Positions 1-7,120 of a stretch of 13,235 nucleotides of DNA are shown piece by piece. Made by a program: the position numbers and the translations under genes. The DNA lies in IMG/VR virus record IMGVR_UViG_2778260996_000018. One strand, given 5' to 3'. The notes under the pieces were generated by a model, which was not told the origin of the DNA, searched no databases, and saw only the letters and a program-made list of their open reading frames with translations. This DNA is from a virus (Duplodnaviria > Heunggongvirae > Uroviricota > Caudoviricetes). Position 1 is the stretch's first letter. Every line of letters starts with the position of its first letter.

Positions 1-198
1 GTGGCGGCCTCAGTCCGGAACAATTTGAAAACAAGAACCTCGCTTAGGCCTGTGTCCATATTACGTGGGTAGGATCACGCAGGGGTCGGCCCATTTGAGC
101 TTCAGATAGGAACGTTTGAATTCCTTTCACAAAATACATCACATACTGAACGTGAACATTCCCACTTTGATCTTAAGGCCAAAAAGTATGCAGGACTA

Positions 199-1917
199 AT
201 GATTTTTAGGGATAGCTTGAGAGTATTACCTTATGGTCGAGTAGATAATGATTTCTTCCAGATAGAAGAAAGACGTTCATGGAATGCAGGGCGATATTAT
301 TGGTCTAATAGAAGGATTTTTGGTTATATTGGAATTACTCAATCCAGTAATAAAGAGCTGAAAGATAAGTCGGGGAGAGAGGGATTCATAAGAAACCAGG
401 CTGCAAGAGAACTGAAAACTATTATATCTAATTTGTTAACTGAACTTGCTGATAGATTTTTTGGTTCACGTTCTGATGACCGTAAAGAGCTTTTAGAACA
501 AGTTAAGCGTGAAAAAGAGTTAAGAAAATCTGCTCAACAACAAGCTCGAAAATCAACACAAAAAAGTTTTTCAGAAGCTTTGAAGAATCAGACACCAGTT
601 CTTGATGCTTCCTTGGAGGCTGTTAAAAGGCTGAAAACTAAGCTTGATAAAACTGATGGTTCGTTAGATTTAAACTATCTTAAAATTATAGACAGTGATC
701 TTACAAACTTAGATGCGTTGCGCAGTGAAATTAAAACGCCTATCAAACCTCCAAAACTTGGAATGTATGAAGAGAAATATAGAGACTACAGAGATAAATT
801 TAATGAGTTCTCTGCGTATATTCTACAAATGAAGTTAGCAATTAATAAACTTGATTCTGAATTAAATAAACTTGAGCCTTCATTGTCAGCGAAAAATCAC
901 CTTGAAAAAAATCAAGGTATTATTAATTCTAAACTAACTAAGTTTAATAACACGATAGAGGAGAAGATACATTCTCTTTTAAAAAAATGGGCCGATGAAA
1001 TAAAGGTTGATCGAAGTGATTATTATGCTAAAACTATATCAGTTGTTGATTCAATAGATAATGATTCACAAATTGAAAATGTGTTTAATTTGCTCGATAG
1101 TTTATATGTTGAGTCAGTTGATACCCTAACTTTCAAATATCAATCAATAATAAAAGGTCTCGATAGATTATTTGAAGGTATAAACTTAGATTCAGCATTC
1201 TCATTATCTGAAGAAGAACGCTCATATTTTGAAGAAAAAGCTAAAAGTTTAAACGCGCTTGCACAGTTAGGTATTAGTGTTGAGATAATATCTCATGAAC
1301 TTGAAGAAATGGATTCTATGGTAACCAGAGGACTAAACTCTCTTCCTACTTCTGTAAAAGAACACCCTGGTTTTTCATTGGCGTTAAATGCTCACAGATC
1401 GCTTACTCAACAAATACGTTTCTTATCACCTTTGAAAATATCAGGTTATCAATCCAGGCAGAGAATAACTGGAAAAAATATCATGGATTATGTCCTGAAG
1501 TTCTTTGGGGAGCGTTTCGAACGGCAACGAATAACTATTGAATTTAGTGAAGAGTTTAAGCAAATCGCAATAACAGATATACCATCAAGGATCTATCCTG
1601 TTTTTACTAATATTATCAACAATGCAATGTATTGGGTCAGTCTGTCAAATAATAGGCTCATAAAGATTGGTTTTGTGAATTCTTTGGTTATCATAGCAAA
1701 TTCTGGTCCGGCAATTGATACCGATGATATCCCGCGACTATTTGAACTATTTTATAGCAAAAGAGCAAATGGACATGGGGTAGGTCTGTATCTATGTCGA
1801 GAAAACCTTGCTGTTGCACATCATAAAATATGGTATTCAGAACCTGATGAAGGCGATAACTATTTAATAAAAGATGACGCTAATTTTGTGATCCAGTTCA
1901 ATGGAGTGGAGTTCTAA
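199..1917 (+). CDS. Cytoplasmic sensor histidine-kinase-like protein (unknown N-terminal region, long coiled coil, C-terminal HisKA + HATPase_c)
   Basis: 572-aa ORF. Motifs read from the translation in canonical order: H-box-like ISHELEEMDS, N-box FTNIINNAMYW, G1 IANSGPAID, F-box-like FELFYS, G2 GHGVGLYL. Central ~250 aa is K/E/L-rich (coiled-coil-like); no hydrophobic TM segment. AGGA lies 4 nt upstream of ATG 199. The frame is open without a start codon from 73 to 198, so a 5' truncation cannot be excluded. Confidence 0.75.
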   Translation: MIFRDSLRVLPYGRVDNDFFQIEERRSWNAGRYYWSNRRIFGYIGITQSSNKELKDKSGREGFIRNQAARELKTIISNLLTELADRFFGSRSDDRKELLEQVKREKELRKSAQQQARKSTQKSFSEALKNQTPVLDASLEAVKRLKTKLDKTDGSLDLNYLKIIDSDLTNLDALRSEIKTPIKPPKLGMYEEKYRDYRDKFNEFSAYILQMKLAINKLDSELNKLEPSLSAKNHLEKNQGIINSKLTKFNNTIEEKIHSLLKKWADEIKVDRSDYYAKTISVVDSIDNDSQIENVFNLLDSLYVESVDTLTFKYQSIIKGLDRLFEGINLDSAFSLSEEERSYFEEKAKSLNALAQLGISVEIISHELEEMDSMVTRGLNSLPTSVKEHPGFSLALNAHRSLTQQIRFLSPLKISGYQSRQRITGKNIMDYVLKFFGERFERQRITIEFSEEFKQIAITDIPSRIYPVFTNIINNAMYWVSLSNNRLIKIGFVNSLVIIANSGPAIDTDDIPRLFELFYSKRANGHGVGLYLCRENLAVAHHKIWYSEPDEGDNYLIKDDANFVIQFNGVEF

Positions 1918-3667
1918 TATGACAGTGGCAAATTATAATTCTCTTGTCCAGAAAACTTTCTGCGAAAATGCAATTCGTTCCGTTGTCATGATTGATGACG
2001 ATTTTCTGACGTATTCTGAATCAATCAGGGCGTTGAATAACGAAGTTGATTTAGACTACAACAAAATTGACTCATCTAAACGAGCCGCTACTCTTGAGAG
2101 CTTTTTTCAATCTAAAAATATGATTTGTGATGTTGACAATGGTTCTGTTAATTTCGATGTGGATCGGATTAGAAAATCAGATCTTATTATTGTAGATTAT
2201 CATCTTGATAATAATGCACCTGATAAAACACTTAAACTATTACAAGATTTGAAAGACTCCGATCATTTAAATATGATTGTAATATATACTAGAGAGAATT
2301 TAGAAACGGTTTGGATGCAGATATCATCGACTCTCAAAGGTGCTCTGGATATCAACAGCTTGATCATTGACTACGATAATGAAGATGTCCAAAGTTATTG
2401 GGAAGACGTTGTATTACCGAACTTAAATGATAATGGTAATAAAGCTCTCACAAGAGATGAAACAATAGCCTATATTAAAGACAGTAAGCCTTGTAGAAGA
2501 ATTAAAAGATTAATACATGATGATGCTGTGTTGGAGGAACAAAAGGATAAAAACTTCATTGCAAAAATGATTGCAGAATATGCTGTGTCTAGAAATGCAA
2601 TTATTTCTAGCAACACATCTGGCAATGTCATTCGGGGTGATGAAAGCGGAGTAAAATGGATTCAATGTGGTAATATCTTTGTCTCCCTATTTCATAAGGT
2701 TCAAGATGATCATGAAAACGATGGAGATAGGATTTGGCAAACTCTCAATGATTCTCTCATTGAATGGAAACCATCTTATTATCAGTTAATAAAATCTGAA
2801 ATTCAGAATGCAATCGAAGCTGAGGCTTTATCTTTTGTAAATCATTTGGCTAACGATCATTACGGTCAAGCTGCGTGGTTAAATGAGATATTAAAATCAG
2901 ACTCGCCTGATATTAGATGTAGAAATATTGACTTTGTATTTGGTAATTTATCAGAAGAGCTTTATCAAAGACTTAAAAATAATAATACGCTGGATGAATT
3001 TATCAAAAGTGTTTTTGATAGCTATTCAAATGAATACGCTAACAGCGGAGTTGCTGCATTGCTCCAATATTGCTCTTCAAAAATGGATCTGCCATCAAAT
3101 AATGATACTTATCACGAAATGTATCATGCTTTAAATATGAATTTGTCTTCAAAGAATTTTGAAGATGGTCATATTTCTACTGGCACTATTTTCTTTGATA
3201 CAGAGTCGAACAAATGGTATTTATGTGTATCTGCGGCATGTGATTTGGTTCCTACTCAGGGTAACGACCCTCACCATGTAAGATTAAGTCCGCACAGGCT
3301 CATTAAAGTTCTGGAGCTTTTTAACGCCAGTCAGAGTAAAGCATTGCCATTTGCTGAACATTCGAAATATATATATGTAATGCATAAAAATCAAAGAAAA
3401 TATCTCTCTATTTTCGAAGGGGATAAAACGCTTCCTGTTGTTGATTATATGGTGGTGTTGAATCATGGAACAACAGTTGATGGCGAAGAAAAAAATATTA
3501 TTTCTGCCGTGTTTTTAAGTAATATGGATGGCAACGTGCAAAATGTTCCTGTCCGACTCAAACTTAAATCTCAACTGAGAACTGGTTATGCAGAAAGATA
3601 TCAGGCTATAGCGTCTCAGTATAGCTCAAGGATTGGTGTGGATTATGTATCAATGATGCTACCATAA
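1901..3667 (+). CDS. Receiver (REC) domain protein fused to a ~430-aa uncharacterised C-terminal output domain
   Basis: 588-aa ORF. N-terminal receiver signature in order: VVMIDDD (acidic pocket), DLIIVDYHLDNN (phospho-acceptor Asp), NMIVIYTRE (conserved Thr). No HTH or other motif recognisable in the C-terminal part. Overlaps the kinase gene by 17 nt; the alternative start ATG 1919 sits just after the kinase stop and is preceded by GGAGTGGAG, so it may be the true start. Confidence 0.7.
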   Translation: MEWSSNMTVANYNSLVQKTFCENAIRSVVMIDDDFLTYSESIRALNNEVDLDYNKIDSSKRAATLESFFQSKNMICDVDNGSVNFDVDRIRKSDLIIVDYHLDNNAPDKTLKLLQDLKDSDHLNMIVIYTRENLETVWMQISSTLKGALDINSLIIDYDNEDVQSYWEDVVLPNLNDNGNKALTRDETIAYIKDSKPCRRIKRLIHDDAVLEEQKDKNFIAKMIAEYAVSRNAIISSNTSGNVIRGDESGVKWIQCGNIFVSLFHKVQDDHENDGDRIWQTLNDSLIEWKPSYYQLIKSEIQNAIEAEALSFVNHLANDHYGQAAWLNEILKSDSPDIRCRNIDFVFGNLSEELYQRLKNNNTLDEFIKSVFDSYSNEYANSGVAALLQYCSSKMDLPSNNDTYHEMYHALNMNLSSKNFEDGHISTGTIFFDTESNKWYLCVSAACDLVPTQGNDPHHVRLSPHRLIKVLELFNASQSKALPFAEHSKYIYVMHKNQRKYLSIFEGDKTLPVVDYMVVLNHGTTVDGEEKNIISAVFLSNMDGNVQNVPVRLKLKSQLRTGYAERYQAIASQYSSRIGVDYVSMMLP

Positions 3668-3680
3668 TTATTATATTTTA

Positions 3681-3720
3681 GGCGTGGTGATTTTTTTTCG
3701 CCATGCCTATTTTATATTTA
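3681..3720 (+). terminator. Possible weak intrinsic terminator after the receiver-domain gene
   Basis: ggcgtgg (3681-3687) can pair with ccatgcc (3701-3707) including one G-U pair, followed by a T-rich run tattttatattta. The loop is long and U-rich, so this is atypical. Confidence 0.3.
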
Positions 3721-3738
3721 TCATCACAATGATGTTGT

Positions 3739-4155
3739 TTATTTTTGTTTAAGTCTTCTAAGCTTCATGCATTCTAATGAGAATAATAATAGAGTTGTGC
3801 TGTATATAAAGCCAGAGTTAGTTAATAACTTTAAATTTAATGCTTCAGGATTTTCACTGAGAAAGTGAAAGGCATAAACTAAGTATACAGCTAAAGTAGC
3901 CGTTCCAATTGTTGGTCCAATATCGCCTTGATCATGAGGTTCAAGGTTTACATTGAACTTGAAGATTAGCCATTCAAATCCCCAAGTAAAAAAAACAACT
4001 AATATCATGGCTGCGAATAATTTCGCGATGTTATCTGCTGATGGATTCATCAGAACAGATTGTTTCTGAAAAAATTCACAAAGTGAGAGTCCGAAAAAAA
4101 TAAAAAAAAGTGGTCTGGAACTAAATTTTTCAAAAACTTTGAATAGGGTTTCCAT
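3739..4155 (-). CDS. Small polytopic membrane protein (about 4 predicted TM helices), function unknown
   Basis: 138-aa ORF with four hydrophobic stretches (PLFFIFFGLSLCEFF, LFAAMILVVFFTWGFEWLIF, GPTIGTATLAVYLVYAFHFL, GFIYSTTLLLFSL). Starts 38 bp downstream of the integrase stop on the same strand, with a GAAGG-like sequence upstream of the ATG. Confidence 0.5.
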   Translation of the reverse strand: METLFKVFEKFSSRPLFFIFFGLSLCEFFQKQSVLMNPSADNIAKLFAAMILVVFFTWGFEWLIFKFNVNLEPHDQGDIGPTIGTATLAVYLVYAFHFLSENPEALNLKLLTNSGFIYSTTLLLFSLECMKLRRLKQK

Positions 4156-4193
4156 TTTCTTTACCTTCAGGATTATATTAGCTATTCTGATAC

Positions 4194-5465
4194 TTAGGCT
4201 ACCAGAGCATTTGATCTTTGAGCTTGAACGTAATCACTCCACCATTGCATCAAACTCTGTCGCTCTATCAGATATTCTGCACGATTGTATGCTGCGATAA
4301 TTTCATCTTTTTTCGAGTGGGCAAGCGCTGCCTCAAGAACTTCAGCTCTGAATTTACCAGACTCCTCTGCCGCTGTTCGTGCAATAGAACGCATACCGTG
4401 AGCTACAAGCTCGCCTCCGAACCCCATTCGGATGATAGCTGCGTTGGCTGTTTGTTCATGCATATGATTAAGAGGCGCTTTTATGCTGGGGAAAACCCAT
4501 TCTCTATGCCCACTTATTGATTTCATTAATTCAAGGATGCGCAAAGCTTCTTTACTCAAAGGAACTTTGTGAAGCTTTTTCATTTTCATGAAATCAGCAG
4601 GAATGTTCCAAATGCTGTTGGTTGTATCAATATCAGACCACCTTGCGCGAACGGCTTCACCCGGACGAACCCATGTCAACAATTGCCATTCAATTAGCAT
4701 ACGTGTTTCCAACCGGATTGACGCATTCGTCAAAGATTCCATAAACCTTGGCAATTCGCTTGGGGGAAGGGCAGGCATATTTTGCTTTTTTGGTTTACTG
4801 AATCTTTGACCAAGGTTGTCAGCCGGGTTGAACTCAATAAGTTCTTCAGTAGCTGCCCACCGGAAGATTTCATTCAGACGTGAAATGATACGGCGTAGAG
4901 TTTCCAATACGCCTCGTTGCTCAATAGGATCAAGGTGTTGTTTTAAGAGCTTAGGTCGGATCTCATTGATAGGGACATTACCCAGACCGGGAAAGACATT
5001 TCTCTCTAAGCTGCGCCAGATGTCTGCTGCATGGTCTTGTGAGATACCTGATGTCTTTACCTTCTCATCTAACCATTTCCGCGCTACGGCTTGGAGAGTG
5101 TGCTCAGTAGCACTCTTTAATGCCTTCGCCTTATCGTTGTTATGGATTTGGGGATCAACACCATTTGCCAGAAAGGAGAGATATTCATCACGTAAGGCTC
5201 TGGCTCTTGCAAGGGTAAGGTGAGGATATGTCCCAAGGCTCATTTTGGTTCTTTTCTTGCTCACTGGTACTGCATACCTGAAATACCAATTTTTCTTGCC
5301 TCCTTTCGCCAAAGGAGCGATTCGTAGAATCAGACCATCACCGTCAAACAAGTTGATTTCTTTATCGGCTGGCTTGGTGCTTTTGATTTCAGTGTCAGTG
5401 AGCTTCTTAGCGATTTTTGCCATTTTGGGACCCTCGGTTTTTGGACCCTTCTTAGTGGGTCCCAT
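4194..5465 (-). CDS. int: P4-type tyrosine site-specific integrase
   Basis: 423-aa ORF. N-terminal arm-binding-type motif (LTDTEIKS..KP..KEINLFDGDGLILRI..GKKNWYFRY) typical of P4-family integrases; C-terminal catalytic region with VAHGMRSIARTAAE (H-x-x-R) and the terminal tyrosine region IIAAYNRAEYLIERQ. The more likely start is the internal ATG at 5423 (MAKIAKKLTDTEIK), which has a GAGGG Shine-Dalgarno; the first ATG at 5465 has none. The start points at the ssrA remnant, as with intA next to ssrA in E. coli K-12. Confidence 0.9.
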   Translation of the reverse strand: MGPTKKGPKTEGPKMAKIAKKLTDTEIKSTKPADKEINLFDGDGLILRIAPLAKGGKKNWYFRYAVPVSKKRTKMSLGTYPHLTLARARALRDEYLSFLANGVDPQIHNNDKAKALKSATEHTLQAVARKWLDEKVKTSGISQDHAADIWRSLERNVFPGLGNVPINEIRPKLLKQHLDPIEQRGVLETLRRIISRLNEIFRWAATEELIEFNPADNLGQRFSKPKKQNMPALPPSELPRFMESLTNASIRLETRMLIEWQLLTWVRPGEAVRARWSDIDTTNSIWNIPADFMKMKKLHKVPLSKEALRILELMKSISGHREWVFPSIKAPLNHMHEQTANAAIIRMGFGGELVAHGMRSIARTAAEESGKFRAEVLEAALAHSKKDEIIAAYNRAEYLIERQSLMQWWSDYVQAQRSNALVA

Positions 5466-5588
5466 TCAGGGTGCCATAACTCGTAGTTCTCAGCAATTCT
5501 CACTGGACGACAATAGACGTAAAAAAGCCCGCAGAGCTTGTGCTGTGTGGGCTTAGTAGACTTCATTGAACTTCAAACAACTAAAAAG

Positions 5589-5624
5589 TGGTGGAGCTGG
5601 CGGGAGTTGAACCCGTATCCGAAA
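5589..5624 (-). other. Remnant of the 3' end of ssrA (tmRNA): attachment-site repeat, not an intact gene
   Basis: tggtggagctggcgggagttgaacccgtatccgaaa matches the reverse complement of the E. coli tmRNA 3' terminus (T-arm, acceptor 3' strand, CCA) with 2 mismatches, from memory. Sequence beyond 5625 has no resemblance to the rest of ssrA (no tag-peptide region). Confidence 0.8.
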
Positions 5625-5881
5625 AATTCTTAACCAATTGAATATTAATGATTTTTCTAATTTAAAATACCTCACGTGCATTTTACGTGCATATTGTAGT
5701 ACCTCTAACGTCCTGATTCTGTCCAACATTTTGAAGTGTTTAGGCGCCACTGGGGCGGTGATTAGCGCTGTTTTGTGCTGTTCATAGCACTTCAAGACTA
5801 TTCAATTCAGAGCAATCGTTGAAGAATTACCCGTAAGGTAATATCATACTATTTAGGTAACTGCGGTTATCACCATCAAGG

Positions 5882-5918
5882 GCCACTGATGACGCTGTTA
5901 TCATCAGTGGCTTTTTGT
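5882..5918 (+). terminator. Intrinsic (rho-independent) terminator-like hairpin with no obvious upstream plus-strand gene
   Basis: Perfect 11-bp stem gccactgatga / tcatcagtggc with 8-nt loop cgctgtta, followed by ctttttgt. The reverse complement is not followed by a T-tract, so it is plus-strand specific. Confidence 0.6.
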
Positions 5919-5958
5919 ACCTTCACTGCACAGCCAGTGAAGTGTTGAGGAGACTAGC

Positions 5959-6300
5959 ATGAGAACAGTAGCGAGAAGATCGATACAGACGATTGAGCGT
6001 CGGACTCAACTCGTCAGTTCTTTTGTTGACTCAAACACAGCAAACGAGTTCTTCGTGAGAAGACTGAGTGATCGTGTCTCCCCGGCACGTCAGCTGTTTA
6101 TTGTGACATTGAACAATGAGGTTCGTGACGGTGACGTGATCCCGTTCGCTGAGATCGCCATGAACAAAGAAAAATTGCGCTATGTTGTGAAGCCAGCAGA
6201 TCAGTATCCTCAGTATGTAAGCAGTAATCTGCTGAAGAAAATTGAAGCGGCAATTGCTCTATACATGCAGAAGAACTACAGGGAAATTAACTACCATTAA
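5959..6300 (+). CDS. Hypothetical protein, first gene of a two-gene moron operon
   Basis: 113-aa ORF with GAGGAG Shine-Dalgarno 7-13 nt upstream of the ATG; followed 11 nt later by the next ORF. No family recognised. Confidence 0.55.
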   Translation: MRTVARRSIQTIERRTQLVSSFVDSNTANEFFVRRLSDRVSPARQLFIVTLNNEVRDGDVIPFAEIAMNKEKLRYVVKPADQYPQYVSSNLLKKIEAAIALYMQKNYREINYH

Positions 6301-6311
6301 AAGGTTGCTGA

Positions 6312-7079
6312 ATGGCTCCTGCGTTAATACCTTCATATAACAAGGACTTGAACATTACGCCATTTGGCGAAAAACGTCTTATTGAGTCATTCTATTTTTT
6401 CACTGCCGAGGCTGGCTTACTGAGGGCTGATGAGTACATTGTCAGTTCTGGTGAGTTTCAGTACTACTTGGATGTGTATCAACTGGGATGTTCCACCGAC
6501 GACTTTTTTTTAGACTATGGCAGTGACCTTCTTGATTCGAAGGTTCCAATGCAGGATCTGGTCAATACCCTCTTGGGTCTTGATATGGTAGACGATAACA
6601 AAACGATAAGAATAGGTCGTATACAGTTCAACGACTTTAATTTTATCGAAGAGAACGGTCAGATGATGACCGGAAAGCAAGTGAAAAGCGCTGTTATCGC
6701 ACAGGATTTCCAATCAGCAGGTTTGGCGCGTGAGATCTATAAAATGCTTGCGCGAAAGCATGAGTTTCTCATCTGCGATAACATTCAAAGTATTGCCGGT
6801 GGTGCTCTTTGGGCTAGTAGCATCATTCGAATTGCCGAGGTACGGATCTACAATTCACGCACGAAGAAATTTATGGACATACTTGGTCCAGGTGCGCGTG
6901 GCGTTTCAGGTACTTTGCCATGGAGTGCGAATGATCTGTCTGTAGATGAGATTGTTCGCTGGGGTCGTGCGTATGATGATGAAAACTGTTGTCGTCACAT
7001 TGTACATGTTATCTGTAAGGACCGACTCATTGACGATCAATTTCATGATTATGTTTCGATAGGTGGCGCGACAGAATAA
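6312..7079 (+). CDS. Hypothetical protein, second gene of the two-gene moron operon
   Basis: 255-aa ORF, soluble-looking, immediately followed by a strong terminator. No family recognised. Confidence 0.6.
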   Translation: MAPALIPSYNKDLNITPFGEKRLIESFYFFTAEAGLLRADEYIVSSGEFQYYLDVYQLGCSTDDFFLDYGSDLLDSKVPMQDLVNTLLGLDMVDDNKTIRIGRIQFNDFNFIEENGQMMTGKQVKSAVIAQDFQSAGLAREIYKMLARKHEFLICDNIQSIAGGALWASSIIRIAEVRIYNSRTKKFMDILGPGARGVSGTLPWSANDLSVDEIVRWGRAYDDENCCRHIVHVICKDRLIDDQFHDYVSIGGATE

Positions 7080-7084
7080 CCATC

Positions 7085-7115
7085 AAAAAGACCCGGCATT
7101 TGCCGGGTTTTTTCT
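7085..7115. terminator. Bidirectional intrinsic terminator between convergent genes
   Basis: aaaaag-a cccggc attt gccggg tttttt: GC stem with 4-nt loop, flanked by an A-tract upstream and a T-tract downstream. Sits between the stop of the 255-aa gene (7079) and the integrase stop (7121). Confidence 0.75.
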
Positions 7116-7120
7116 TCAAA

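Larger units (their letters stand above)
199..5624 (-). mobile_element. ssrA-associated integrative island arm (P4-type integrase plus AT-rich cargo); left boundary not in view
   Basis: Integrase start adjacent to the ssrA 3' remnant in the same orientation; cargo genes sampled at roughly one-third G+C versus over half in the neighbouring prophage arm (hand counts on short stretches). Confidence 0.55.

Noticed and set aside
2928-3466. ORFs 2928-3134 (plus) and 3284-3466 (minus) inside the receiver-domain gene
   Set aside because: Alternative-frame or antisense ORFs within an AT-rich coding region, where random ORFs are frequent; no independent start signals.
4218-5556. Plus-strand ORFs 4218-4520, 4588-4809, 4816-5223, 5245-5556 and minus-strand 5330-5566
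   Set aside because: They lie antisense to, or overlap out of frame with, the well-supported P4-type integrase gene and have odd composition; treated as shadow ORFs.
5553-5950. Intact ssrA (tmRNA) gene on the minus strand
   Set aside because: Only the terminal ~36 nt match; the upstream ~330 bp lacks the tag-peptide reading frame and other tmRNA sequence. The 80-aa ORF at 5553-5795 spanning it is considered spurious.
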